A DNA stretch of 31,459 nucleotides from Nitrospira japonica (GCA_020725385.1 DYFC01000063.1:1-31459); one strand, 5' to 3'. Shown: positions 17,196 to 27,149, counted from the first letter of the stretch. Notes: a model not told the origin generated them from the letters alone. A program made the numbers and translations.

Positions 17196-19325
17196 TCATC
17201 TTCTAACTTTTAAAACTCCTTCAAGCTGCATTATCTTATTGGTAAGATTTGTAAGCTGGGCCCTATCTTTAATCTCAAGAACAACAGAAATGTGTGCTTT
17301 TTTATCTTCTGTGGAAACAGCTTTCAGGTTACTGATGTTCACATTAACAGAAGATATAAGTGCGCTCAGACTTGCGAGAATACCGGGACGATCAACTGTT
17401 TCAAGCAAAAGTTTTACAGGTGTAGTAGTTTCACCCTCTGCTTTCCAGGTGACTTCAACCAATCTCGCGTCATCAACAGCCAGATTATCAAGATTGGGGC
17501 AATCTTTTCTATGAATAGTGACCCCGCGACCTCTTGTAACAAAACCAACAAGACCATCTCCTGGCACGGGGAAGCAACATTTAGCTGTATGATATAGCAC
17601 ATTATCAACACCCTTAATTATAATGCCTTTATGTTCCCGGGGTTTTACAACTTTTTCGGGAGGGGCTTCTTCAACAGGCTTTTCGGGAAGGAGTCTGTTG
17701 ACGATCTGATGAGCAGAAATCTTTCCATGACCGATAAAAGCATGAAGGTCATCAATTGAAGCTATATTAAAATACTTAAGAACTTTTTGCATTTCCTCAG
17801 ATTTAAGCACAGATGGTCCAAGGTCATGCCTTCTTAGTTCCTGTTCAAGGAGTTTTATACCAAGTTCAATGCTTTGTTTTCTCTCCTCAGCTTTTATCCA
17901 CTGTTTAATCTTACTTTTCGCACGCTGTGTAACAACATATTTCAACCAGTCTCTACTTGGATGCTGGGATGGAGATGTTATTATCTCAACAGTATCACCA
18001 TTTTTCAATATATGCTTAAGTGTTACAATTCTTCCGTTTACTTTTGCTCCTATACATTTATTTCCTACCTCAGTGTGAACACTGTATGCAAAATCCACCG
18101 GTGTTGAACCAACCGGCATTTCTTTTATCTGTCCCATAGGAGTAAAAACATATATTACTTCAGGAATTACCTCTCCCTTAACAGCTTCAAGAAAGTCTTT
18201 TGCGTCACTTAAATCTTTCTGGGTCTGGATAATTTCTCTGAGCAAAGAAATATAACGGTTGCTTTTTTCATCAATTTTGCCTTTTTCCTTATATCTCCAG
18301 TGTGAGGCTACGCCGTGCTCTGAAATCATATGCATTTCTTTTGTTCTTATCTGAAATTCTACTCTTTCACCTTTTGGGCCTATTACTGTTGTATGAAGGG
18401 ACTGATACATGTTTGATTTAGGCATACCTATATAATCTTTAAACCTACCCGGAACAGGTGTCCATAAAGAATGGATGAGACCAAGAATTGCATAACAGTT
18501 TGCTTTTGAATCAGTAATTATTCTTAAACCGAGCACATCATGAACCTGTTCAAAAGGAATTTCCTGTTTCAGCATTTTTTGATAAATGCCATAATAGTGT
18601 TTTATTCGCCATGAAATTTCTCCCGGAATACCTTCCTCTTTTAGCTTTGATTTAATTATCTCGGTTACACCCTTAAGATATTCTTCCTGATCTTCTTTTC
18701 TTTTTGCGACCTTTTTGACAAGGTCTTCGTAAAGTTCTGGCATAAGAGCTTTAAAACTCAAGTCCTCGAGTTCAGTTCTTATCCATCCTATTCCGAGTCT
18801 ATTTGCAATAGGAGCATATATTTCTAAAGTCTCGTTCGCTATTCTCTGTCGTTTATTTTCCGGAAGGTGTTGTATTGTTCGCATATTATGGAGTCTGTCA
18901 GCAAATTTTATAAGAATAACCCGGATATCTTCGGACATTGCAAGCAACATTTTTCTGAAATTCTCTGCCTGTGCTTCTTCTTTGGTTTTGAATTCCATGC
19001 GGGAGATTTTAGTAACTGATTCGACAAGAAAAGCAATCTCTTTGCCAAAATTATCCCGAATATCTTTGACTGTTATCTGGGTATCTTCTACTGTATCATG
19101 CAAAAGACCAGCAGCAATAGTTGTCACATCCATTTTCATATCAGCGAGTATTGAAGCAACAAACAGGGGATGTTCAATATATGGGGAACCCTCAACCCTT
19201 CTTTGCATACCATGGGCCTCAGTCGAAAAACGGTGCACTTTTTTCAGCAGTTCTATATCGGCATCAGGATTATATGCAAGAACTTTTTTTATTAAAAGAT
19301 CAATGTCAACAACTTCTTCTTCCAT
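17196..19325 (-). CDS. rel: bifunctional (p)ppGpp synthetase/hydrolase (Rel/SpoT)
   Basis: Intact HD hydrolase (PYIEHP, LHDTVEDT, KFADRLHN), synthetase RFKD...YQSLHT, EFQIRT, TGS (DFAY.VHT), CC.P..GD zinc-finger region and C-terminal ACT. Confidence 0.95.
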   Translation of the reverse strand: MEEEVVDIDLLIKKVLAYNPDADIELLKKVHRFSTEAHGMQRRVEGSPYIEHPLFVASILADMKMDVTTIAAGLLHDTVEDTQITVKDIRDNFGKEIAFLVESVTKISRMEFKTKEEAQAENFRKMLLAMSEDIRVILIKFADRLHNMRTIQHLPENKRQRIANETLEIYAPIANRLGIGWIRTELEDLSFKALMPELYEDLVKKVAKRKEDQEEYLKGVTEIIKSKLKEEGIPGEISWRIKHYYGIYQKMLKQEIPFEQVHDVLGLRIITDSKANCYAILGLIHSLWTPVPGRFKDYIGMPKSNMYQSLHTTVIGPKGERVEFQIRTKEMHMISEHGVASHWRYKEKGKIDEKSNRYISLLREIIQTQKDLSDAKDFLEAVKGEVIPEVIYVFTPMGQIKEMPVGSTPVDFAYSVHTEVGNKCIGAKVNGRIVTLKHILKNGDTVEIITSPSQHPSRDWLKYVVTQRAKSKIKQWIKAEERKQSIELGIKLLEQELRRHDLGPSVLKSEEMQKVLKYFNIASIDDLHAFIGHGKISAHQIVNRLLPEKPVEEAPPEKVVKPREHKGIIIKGVDNVLYHTAKCCFPVPGDGLVGFVTRGRGVTIHRKDCPNLDNLAVDDARLVEVTWKAEGETTTPVKLLLETVDRPGILASLSALISSVNVNISNLKAVSTEDKKAHISVVLEIKDRAQLTNLTNKIMQLEGVLKVRR

Positions 19326-19454
19326 AACTTATTATACATAAAAAAGATTCAAGAATTATCAGACATAATAAAACTTTTAGGGTTAGTTGAAAATAGCCTA
19401 TTAATATGTAACTGATGTAAAATATGTCAGTCCAGGTTAATTTAGGAGGTAGTT

Positions 19455-20345
19455 ATGAATATTACAAAAAGTCTCTTTATTATCTGTCTTTTATTCATCT
19501 CCATATTATTCAATACAAAAAACTCTTATGCAGAAAAAATCAAAGTAATTGCAAGTATTTACCCGCTCGGAGATTTTGTTAAACAGGTTGCCGGTGATAA
19601 TGTGGATGTAAGGGTTCTACTACCGCCGGGTGCAAGTCCCCATACTTTTGAACCAACTTCGAAAGCGATAAAAGATGTTTCAGAAGCGCGGGTTTTTATT
19701 AAAGTTGGCTCGGGTTTAGAATTCTGGGCAGAAAAGATAATTAAGTCTTCGGGGAATAAAAAATTAATTGTAATAGACTGCTCTAAAGGGCTTTCTTTAA
19801 TAAAATTACAAGAAAAACAACACAACCATCATATTTCAGAATATGATCCGCATATATGGCTTGACCCTCTAAATGTAATAAAAATCATTGACAAAATTCT
19901 GAAAACCTTGTCTGAAGTAGATCCATCAAATGCTGCTCTCTACAGGAAAAATGCTGAATTATATAAGGAATCAATCTTAAAGCTTGATGGTGAAATAGCA
20001 AACAGTGTTAAAAATCTAAAAATCAAAGAATATGTTACATTTCATCCTGCGTGGAACTATTTCTCAAAAAGGTACGGGCTTAAAGTCGCAGGAGTTATTG
20101 AAGAAAGTCCGGGAAAGGAACCGGGACCAAAGCATATTGATAAAATTATAAAAGAAATAAAACGTATTGGAAGTAAAGTTGTATTTGTAGAGCCTCAATT
20201 CAACCCCAAGATTGCTTCGGTGATTGCTAAAGAAGCAAATGCACAAATTGTTTATCTTGACCCGATTGGAGGTCAAAAAGGGAAAGAGACATATATTGAT
20301 ATGATGAAATATAATATATCTTCTATAGAAAGAGCTATGAAATGA
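19455..20345 (+). CDS. znuA: Zn/Mn ABC transporter substrate-binding protein
   Basis: Signal peptide, SPHTFEP, short His loop, DPHIWLDP, FHPAWNYF and FVEPQ. AGGAGG RBS. Confidence 0.88.
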   Translation: MNITKSLFIICLLFISILFNTKNSYAEKIKVIASIYPLGDFVKQVAGDNVDVRVLLPPGASPHTFEPTSKAIKDVSEARVFIKVGSGLEFWAEKIIKSSGNKKLIVIDCSKGLSLIKLQEKQHNHHISEYDPHIWLDPLNVIKIIDKILKTLSEVDPSNAALYRKNAELYKESILKLDGEIANSVKNLKIKEYVTFHPAWNYFSKRYGLKVAGVIEESPGKEPGPKHIDKIIKEIKRIGSKVVFVEPQFNPKIASVIAKEANAQIVYLDPIGGQKGKETYIDMMKYNISSIERAMK

Positions 20346-21118
20346 AAGCATTAGAAATAAATAATCTCTGTGTAAAGCTTGACGGACGCAATGTTCTGAA
20401 CAATATTTCATTATCTCTGGATGAAGGAAAATTTCTCGGTATTGTCGGACCAAATGGCGGAGGAAAAACAACCTTTTTCAGAGTTATACTTGGCTTAATA
20501 AAACCATCTTCCGGAACTGTATTTGTTTTTGGCAAGGAGCCAGAAGAAATGGTCAGACAGGGAAATATTTTCGGTTACCTGCCACAGATCTCAAAGACCC
20601 CTCCTGACTTCCCTGTAAGGGTTATAGATGTTGTTTTGATGGGCAGATATGGCAGGCTTGGAATATTTAAAAGGCCTAAAGAAGAAGATAAACAAAAAGC
20701 GCTCGAGTATCTTTCTATGATGGGCATAGAGGACCTTAAGAATATGCCTTTTGGACAGCTTTCAGGCGGACAACAACAAAGAGCTTCCATTGCAAGGGCA
20801 TTGGTCTCAGAACCAAGAATTTTAATATTAGATGAACCAAGTACAGGGATTGATGTAATAGGTCAGGAAGATTTTTACCACCTCCTTAAAGGACTACAGA
20901 AAAAACTTAGTATCACTATACTCATGGCTTCACATGATACAGGAGCAATTACATCTTATGTTGATGAAATTGCCTGTCTTAATAATACTCTTCATTATCA
21001 CGGCAGTCCTTTGTCAGCGCTTAATGAAGCTGTATTATCCGGACTCTACGGGAAAAATGTAGATCTGCTTATGCATAATGAAATATGCGAAAAATGTGAA
21101 CGACTGAGAAGGGCTTAG
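20342..21118 (+). CDS. znuC: Zn/Mn ABC transporter ATP-binding protein
   Basis: GPNGGGKTT, GYLPQ, LSGGQQQR, LDEP and a C-terminal H...C..C. Confidence 0.88.
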   Translation: MKALEINNLCVKLDGRNVLNNISLSLDEGKFLGIVGPNGGGKTTFFRVILGLIKPSSGTVFVFGKEPEEMVRQGNIFGYLPQISKTPPDFPVRVIDVVLMGRYGRLGIFKRPKEEDKQKALEYLSMMGIEDLKNMPFGQLSGGQQQRASIARALVSEPRILILDEPSTGIDVIGQEDFYHLLKGLQKKLSITILMASHDTGAITSYVDEIACLNNTLHYHGSPLSALNEAVLSGLYGKNVDLLMHNEICEKCERLRRA

Positions 21119-21119
21119 A

Positions 21120-21917
21120 ATGTTAGAAATTATCAGCACCTCTTTTATGCAGAAGGCTTTTTTCGTCGGGATTATTATAAGTCTATTAGCCGGCATTATT
21201 TCTGTGTTTGTAGTTTTAAGGAAGATGTCTTTTGTGGGTGCTGGAATTTCTCATTCAGCGTTTGGTGGTGTAGCAATAGGTTTTCTTACAGGTGTTGACC
21301 CTATATTCACTGCAATAATATATTGTATTGCTGTTTCACTTGGAATAGAAAATATAAGCAGAAAAGGTAAGGTTTCTGAAGATGCTGCAATAGGAGTCTT
21401 TTTTGCAGGCTCAATGGCCCTGGGAATAGTGCTTTTAAGTCTTTCAAAGGATTATGCTATTGACTTATTTGGCTACCTTTTTGGAAATATACTTGCTATC
21501 ACGGATAATGAAATTATTATCTCTTCTATTGTATCAGTATCAGTTATTTTAATTATTTTATTTTTTTTAAAAGAGCTTTTTATGATAACTTACAGTGAGG
21601 AAATAGCAAAAGTTAGTGGCATACCTGTTAGATTTATAAATACAATTTTTCTTATAACTCTTGCTATATCCATAGTTATTTCTATGAAAGTTGTTGGCAT
21701 TATTTTAATTTCTGCTTTACTTGTTATTCCGGGAGCAACCGCAAAATTATTTGCCAAAAGCCTTTTTTTTATGATCACCTTGTCATGTATTGTTTCGGTA
21801 CTTTCAACAATAATAGGACTTTTTATTGCTTATCATTTTGACACAGCGCCTGGAGGCACTATTGTTCTTGTATTAACATGCATATTCCTTTTAGGATTAT
21901 TAACTAAGAAAAGATAA
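21120..21917 (+). CDS. znuB: Zn/Mn ABC transporter permease
   Basis: ABC-3 motifs SHSAFGG, YLFGNIL, VG.IL.SALL..P and APGGTIV. Confidence 0.88.
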   Translation: MLEIISTSFMQKAFFVGIIISLLAGIISVFVVLRKMSFVGAGISHSAFGGVAIGFLTGVDPIFTAIIYCIAVSLGIENISRKGKVSEDAAIGVFFAGSMALGIVLLSLSKDYAIDLFGYLFGNILAITDNEIIISSIVSVSVILIILFFLKELFMITYSEEIAKVSGIPVRFINTIFLITLAISIVISMKVVGIILISALLVIPGATAKLFAKSLFFMITLSCIVSVLSTIIGLFIAYHFDTAPGGTIVLVLTCIFLLGLLTKKR

Positions 21918-21921
21918 TTGA

Positions 21922-21952
21922 CCTAAATCCTGTTAAACGTAATTCGTTAACC
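21922..21952 (+). repeat. short dispersed repeat (CCTAA..C.GTTAAAC.GTAATT...TTAACC)
   Basis: Similar to the reverse complement of 28133-28166. Confidence 0.5.
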
Positions 21953-21954
21953 GC

Positions 21955-21993
21955 ATTTCTGGATTCCCCGACTTGATCGGGGAATCCAGAAAT
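21955..21993. repeat. perfect 17-bp-stem palindrome, REP-like (possible terminator or RNA stabiliser)
   Basis: atttctggattccccga-cttga-tcggggaatccagaaat. It has the same ...GAATCCAG end as the hairpin at 14118-14144. Confidence 0.8.
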
Positions 21994-22038
21994 TAAGGCT
22001 AATCAATATTAAAAGACTTTAGATAAAAATTTACTGGA

Positions 22039-22905
22039 GTGATTTATATGGACCTTAATAAGCTTGTTGAAATAATGGAAAAACTTAGAAGTAAAAAAGG
22101 TTGCCCGTGGGATAAAAAACAAACAAGGGAATCCTTAAAGCCTTATCTCATTGAAGAAGCATATGAGGTTCTTGAGGCCATAGAGGAAAATAACCCTGCA
22201 AAGATCAAGGAGGAACTCGGGGATCTGCTATTCCAGATAATTTTTCATTGCCAGCTCGCTAAAGAAAATAATGAATTTGATATAAATGAGGTCATAGAAT
22301 CTATTTCTCAAAAAATGATTTCAAGACACCCGCATGTTTTCGGGGAAAGTGAATGCCAAACTCCTGAAGATGTCATTAAACAATGGGAGGTTCTAAAGAA
22401 AAAGGAAGGAAAACTCCGTAGCTCTATTCTTGAGGGAGTACCAAAAGCAATGCCATCATTACTCAGAGCTCATAGACTGCAGAAAAGAGCAGCCCAAGCC
22501 GGATTTGATTGGGAAAAGCTTGATGATGTCCTTTTAAAACTTGACGAAGAAATAGAAGAATTCAAAGATGCAATAAAAAAAGGGAACAAAGAAATGATGG
22601 AAGAAGAATTCGGAGATATATTGTTTATGCTTGTAAATTTATCCCGTTTTATTGGAATAAATCCCGAGGATGCCCACCGAAAAACAATCAGTAAATTTAT
22701 ACATCGTTTTCGTTATATTGAAATGAAAGCAGCAGAAGAAAACAAAGAACTTTCAGAAATGACTTTAAAAGAAATGGACAGATTGTGGGACGAGGCAAAG
22801 TTTATAGAGAAAAGAGCTAAGAGCAGAGAGCCAGGAGTGAAAAGCGAAGAGCGAAAAACCGTGAAGCGTAAGGTGCAGAAAATGAGACGTAAAATGAATT
22901 ATTAA
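22039..22905 (+). CDS. mazG: nucleoside triphosphate pyrophosphohydrolase MazG
   Basis: GCPWD..QT, EEAYE, EELGDLL, RHPHVF, GFDW and EEEFGD (tandem MazG domains), with a basic repeat-like C-terminal tail. Confidence 0.93.
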   Translation: MIYMDLNKLVEIMEKLRSKKGCPWDKKQTRESLKPYLIEEAYEVLEAIEENNPAKIKEELGDLLFQIIFHCQLAKENNEFDINEVIESISQKMISRHPHVFGESECQTPEDVIKQWEVLKKKEGKLRSSILEGVPKAMPSLLRAHRLQKRAAQAGFDWEKLDDVLLKLDEEIEEFKDAIKKGNKEMMEEEFGDILFMLVNLSRFIGINPEDAHRKTISKFIHRFRYIEMKAAEENKELSEMTLKEMDRLWDEAKFIEKRAKSREPGVKSEERKTVKRKVQKMRRKMNY

Positions 22906-22949
22906 TATTTTACGGTTTACGATTTATATTTTAAGAACAATTTCTGCAC
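22808..22949. repeat. heptamer-like low-complexity repeats with nested inverted repeats overlapping the mazG 3' end
   Basis: agagctaa gagcaga gagccag gagtgaa aagcgaa gagcgaa. Inverted pairs gtgcagaaa/tttctgcac and cgtaaaat/attttacg. Confidence 0.55.
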
Positions 22950-22970
22950 TATTCAGGTTAACATATAAAT

Positions 22971-24107
22971 ATGAGGCTTTTCCTTCTTATTTTTTTTCTT
23001 GTCTATGGAAGTATGCATTTATATGCATTCTTAAGGCTGAGGGCTGCATTTAATCTCTCCGGTTTATATAGTCTTGCTACTGTGCTAATAATGGTTTTGA
23101 TGCTATTTGCACCTATAATAGTACGCTTTTCGGAAAAATCAGGATTAGATAATTTTGCAAAAATAATGTCTTATATTGGATATATATGGCTGGGTCTTCT
23201 TTTTCTTTTTATTTCAACATCTCTAATTATTGATGGTTACAGATTTATTCTTTATTCTTTGTCTTTAATAACTAAAAAAAATTTAACTTTTATCAATCTT
23301 TCGCCAAAAGCTGTTTTCATGATCCCGTTCATTACTGCTCTGATTATAAGTATTTATGGATATTTTGAAGCTCTCAATATTGTTACTGAAAAAATATATT
23401 TAGAAAGTCATAAAATAAGAGGGAAAATCAGAATAGTACAGGTATCGGATGTGCATCTCGGACTAATTGTTAGAGAAGAAAGACTAAAAAAGATACTGGA
23501 AAAAGTAAGGGAAGCAAATCCTGATATTCTCGTTTCTACCGGAGATCTGGTTGATGGACAGATAGATAATTTGAACGGTCTTTCTAAAATGCTCGGGGAA
23601 ATAAATCCTCCAATGGGCAAATTTGCTGTTACAGGAAATCATGAATATTACGCAGGGCTTGAACAATCTTTGAAATTTACAAACCAGGCTGGTTTCAGAA
23701 TTTTAAGGAATGAGGTTTTACCAGTTCCTAATAATATCTTAATTGCTGGAGTTGACGATCTACAGATACAAAAAGCAAATTCTTTGCAGAAATATCAAGA
23801 AAATAGACTATTGGATTCAAACAACAATGGAAAGTTTGTTTTACTCTTAAAACATAGACCCTTTGTCGATAAGGATTCAATAGGATTATTTGATTTGCAA
23901 CTTTCAGGTCATGTGCACAAAGGCCAGATTTTTCCTTTTAGTCTGCTCACAAAATTCTATTATCCGGTTCACGCAGGATTTAAGAAACTCTCGGAGAGTT
24001 CTTATCTTTATGTAAGCAGAGGTTCGGGCACATGGGGTCCTCCAATCAGATTTCTCTCAAAACCCGAAATAACAATAATAGATATCATTAACCCTGGCAA
24101 CGGTTAA
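22971..24107 (+). CDS. membrane-anchored metallophosphoesterase (YkuE/YaeI-like)
   Basis: N-terminal TMs, SDVHLG, TGDLVD, GNHE, HRP, SGHVHKGQ and SRG.GTWGPP.R. Confidence 0.9.
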   Translation: MRLFLLIFFLVYGSMHLYAFLRLRAAFNLSGLYSLATVLIMVLMLFAPIIVRFSEKSGLDNFAKIMSYIGYIWLGLLFLFISTSLIIDGYRFILYSLSLITKKNLTFINLSPKAVFMIPFITALIISIYGYFEALNIVTEKIYLESHKIRGKIRIVQVSDVHLGLIVREERLKKILEKVREANPDILVSTGDLVDGQIDNLNGLSKMLGEINPPMGKFAVTGNHEYYAGLEQSLKFTNQAGFRILRNEVLPVPNNILIAGVDDLQIQKANSLQKYQENRLLDSNNNGKFVLLLKHRPFVDKDSIGLFDLQLSGHVHKGQIFPFSLLTKFYYPVHAGFKKLSESSYLYVSRGSGTWGPPIRFLSKPEITIIDIINPGNG

Positions 24108-25279
24108 AGAATTCGCTCTATTTTTTTAAATGCTTCTTCTATAATTTCTGGTTCAGGTAAAAATGTGGTTCTGAAGTAAACCCCATCTTCCTGTCTGCCA
24201 AAGCCGGAGCCAGGCACAAAAACAACTCCCTGTTTTAAAGCTGCGCGTACAAAATCAATATCTTTTTTCCACTTAGAAGAATTAATTTTTATAAATGCAT
24301 AAAAAGCTCCGCCTGGCACAGGGAAAGATAGTGGCAAATTTGTTGCAACTCTCATAAAAGCATCTCTTCTTTCGATAAGTTTTTTCCTTATGTCAGCAAT
24401 GTAGTCAGGATATGAAGGGTCTGTAATTGCTGCTGCTGCTGCTTTTTGATATTCCCAGTTTACCGAGAGGCGTTGATTGCATAAAAGGAAAAAAGCATTC
24501 TTTACTTCTTCCCATTTTTCACCATGAAATGCAACCCATCCTATTCTTGCACCCGGGTTATTGAAGACTTTTGAAAGTGAACTTCCATAGATAAATGGCA
24601 CTTTACCTTTTGCAATTTTCCTAAAATCTATAAGTTTTCCATCAAAGATAAGCTGGTCATATGAGCCATCATAGAATATTGGTACATCATATTGAGCACA
24701 TAGCTTGACAACTTCTGCAAGATTTTTTTCAGAGTAAACAGAACCCAATGGATTATTGGGATTTATAATTACCATTGCTTTTGCGCCTTCAACTTTTTTC
24801 GAAAGGTTTGCAATATCTATCTGTCCATTTGAATCGTGCCTGTAGAAAACAGTGTCGCCCTCAAATTGTTTTGCTTTGCTGAGATAGAGTGAATATGCCG
24901 GATTTGGAAGCAATACTTTTTCACCAAAACCTATGAACGAGTGAAAAAAGAAATCTATCCCTTCGGTCAATCCTGCAACAACAAATATATCATCAGGTTT
25001 GCACTTCTCAATTTTCGCAACTTTTTCTCTTAATTCTTCGTCACCTTCTGATGGTGCATAGCCTTTATAATTTTCATCAAGAGCGCTTTTAACCCTTTGA
25101 GCAATAACTTTGAATGATTCAAATCCATACAAAGGAGGATCCCCGATATTTAGATATATCATTTTTTTGCCCTTTGCTTCTTCCCTCTTGGCTTCCATGA
25201 CTATATCTCTTATAGGGTAACTTACGACATTCATGCGCTCTGTTGGTCTATAAGGTAATTTTCGTCTTAAATGTAACAT
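24104..25279 (-). CDS. PLP-dependent class I/II aminotransferase (AlaA/AspAT-like)
   Basis: LNIGDP, INPNNPLG, D..YD, SLSK...PGARIGW (PLP lysine), GAFY, PGSGFG and FRTTFLP. Confidence 0.88.
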   Translation of the reverse strand: MLHLRRKLPYRPTERMNVVSYPIRDIVMEAKREEAKGKKMIYLNIGDPPLYGFESFKVIAQRVKSALDENYKGYAPSEGDEELREKVAKIEKCKPDDIFVVAGLTEGIDFFFHSFIGFGEKVLLPNPAYSLYLSKAKQFEGDTVFYRHDSNGQIDIANLSKKVEGAKAMVIINPNNPLGSVYSEKNLAEVVKLCAQYDVPIFYDGSYDQLIFDGKLIDFRKIAKGKVPFIYGSSLSKVFNNPGARIGWVAFHGEKWEEVKNAFFLLCNQRLSVNWEYQKAAAAAITDPSYPDYIADIRKKLIERRDAFMRVATNLPLSFPVPGGAFYAFIKINSSKWKKDIDFVRAALKQGVVFVPGSGFGRQEDGVYFRTTFLPEPEIIEEAFKKIERIL

Positions 25280-25382
25280 TTTGTTTTCCTCTGATATTTT
25301 ATTAAGTTTTTCTTTCCAATTTATTTGGTTGTTGTAAAATTTAAGGATACCATTTGATTAAATAAATTAACAAGAGGGAGAA

Positions 25383-27149
25383 TTATTCAGTGTGCGCTAT
25401 GGTTACTCTATCACGACCATCATGTTTTGATTTATAAAGAGCCATATCAGCAGCGTGGATTATACTTTCACCTGTTTCACCGTGGTCGGGATAAATAGCA
25501 ACTCCTATCGAGAGGGTTATATTTTTAAGAACATTGCCTTCGTATTCCGGATTAATGTTTTTAACACTTTTTCTAAGATAGTCAGCTCTCTGATAAATAA
25601 TATCATGCGATGCGCCGATCATTATTACTATAAATTCTTCACCACCATATCTGCAGGCAATATCATCTTTTCTAACATTTGTCTGTAAGAATCTTCCCAC
25701 TTCTTTTAACATCACATCACCTGCTTTATGTCCATAAGTATCATTGAACAACTTGAAATGGTCAAGATCAATCATAATTACACCAACAATAAGTCTTTGA
25801 CGCAATGCACGGCTTATCTCACGCTCAAGAGTTTCTTCCATATATCTACGGTTGAACAAACCTGTAAGAGGATCCCTGATAGCCTGATTTCTTAAAACTT
25901 CTCTAAGTCTTAAGTTTGATAGAGCCATTGAAATATGCTCGGAAAAAGTATTGAGCAACATTTTTTGAGATGATTGAAGAACCTCTTCTTTAGAATTTTG
26001 AAAATAAAACAAGCCAAGAGTCTCTCCCTGAGCCATTAATGGAATGCATAGATAATTTAGCGAATTAATTGGTGTAATATGTTTACAATTAAATTCTGTA
26101 AACTGCTCTTTATTTGCATATATCTGCCCTCGCCTAAGTGCCCAGCAGTCCTGTGGTGAAAAAACATTCTCGCTATGTATATTCTCACCCCATCTGGCCA
26201 TTTCTTCAAGAATATTTCTTGAGTTGCTGTAAAGATAAATTGCTCCTGAATCCATTGGAAAAAGCTTGTATGCATACTGTGATATAATTTTAAATGTTTC
26301 ATTAACATCGAGACAGCTTTGCAACATAGTGCTCAATTCTCCAAGAAAAGCAATTTCACGATTACGCTTTTCTATTTCCTCCAGTTGAACTTTTAACTTT
26401 TCATTTAATTGATGCATCCGGCTTGAGGCTCTCTCACCTTCTGAAATCTCAATTTCAAGCCGCTCGTTTGCTTCCTTAAGAGCTTTCGTTCTTTCTTCAA
26501 ATTTAATTTCAAGCTCATTTCTTGTTTTAATTAATTCATCTTCCACTTTTTTTCGTTCAGTAATATCTTTGAAATCTTCAACAATACCAATTAAATCACC
26601 CCGGGTATTTAAAAGCGGGGTTGCAGTAAGTATGCAATATACCGAAGTTCCATCTTTTTTCTTTTTTTCAACATCATATTCTACTCTTTGTTTACCACTT
26701 GATATTTGATAAACAGGGCAAAGTGGACTATGGCACGCAGAACCCGAGAGTGATTCATAGCATTTTCTACCTATAATTTCATCTTTTCTCAGCCCGGCTA
26801 ATTTTAAAAAAGTATCATTTACACTAACAACATTAAATTCTTTATCAATAACCCTCATTGCATCAGCAGCAGTATTAAATATCTGTGCAAGTTCTAATTG
26901 GGATTCTTTTAATATGTTCTCGGCTTTTTTAAGTTTAGAAATCACATTTCCTGTATAGCAAATAAATATTATAAAAATAATTAAAATAATTGATCTCATC
27001 CAGATTTCATGCAAATCCAAACTGAAAAGATTGTTTATAAAACTACCTTCTTTGAATATAAATGCATGAATAGCAGATTCAAGAAGCCATAAAATGACAA
27101 GCATTAAGGTGCCAATTTTAAGTACTTCCTGATTTCGCGGGCATTTCAT
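25383..27149 (-). CDS. membrane-bound sensor diguanylate cyclase (2TM-PAS-coiled coil-GAF-GGDEF)
   Basis: PAS ending DITERK, GAF (CWALRRG, C.PLMAQGE), DPLTGLFNRR, D.D.FK..ND.YGH..GD, I-site RKDD and GGEEF. Confidence 0.93.
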   Translation of the reverse strand: MKCPRNQEVLKIGTLMLVILWLLESAIHAFIFKEGSFINNLFSLDLHEIWMRSIILIIFIIFICYTGNVISKLKKAENILKESQLELAQIFNTAADAMRVIDKEFNVVSVNDTFLKLAGLRKDEIIGRKCYESLSGSACHSPLCPVYQISSGKQRVEYDVEKKKKDGTSVYCILTATPLLNTRGDLIGIVEDFKDITERKKVEDELIKTRNELEIKFEERTKALKEANERLEIEISEGERASSRMHQLNEKLKVQLEEIEKRNREIAFLGELSTMLQSCLDVNETFKIISQYAYKLFPMDSGAIYLYSNSRNILEEMARWGENIHSENVFSPQDCWALRRGQIYANKEQFTEFNCKHITPINSLNYLCIPLMAQGETLGLFYFQNSKEEVLQSSQKMLLNTFSEHISMALSNLRLREVLRNQAIRDPLTGLFNRRYMEETLEREISRALRQRLIVGVIMIDLDHFKLFNDTYGHKAGDVMLKEVGRFLQTNVRKDDIACRYGGEEFIVIMIGASHDIIYQRADYLRKSVKNINPEYEGNVLKNITLSIGVAIYPDHGETGESIIHAADMALYKSKHDGRDRVTIAHTE

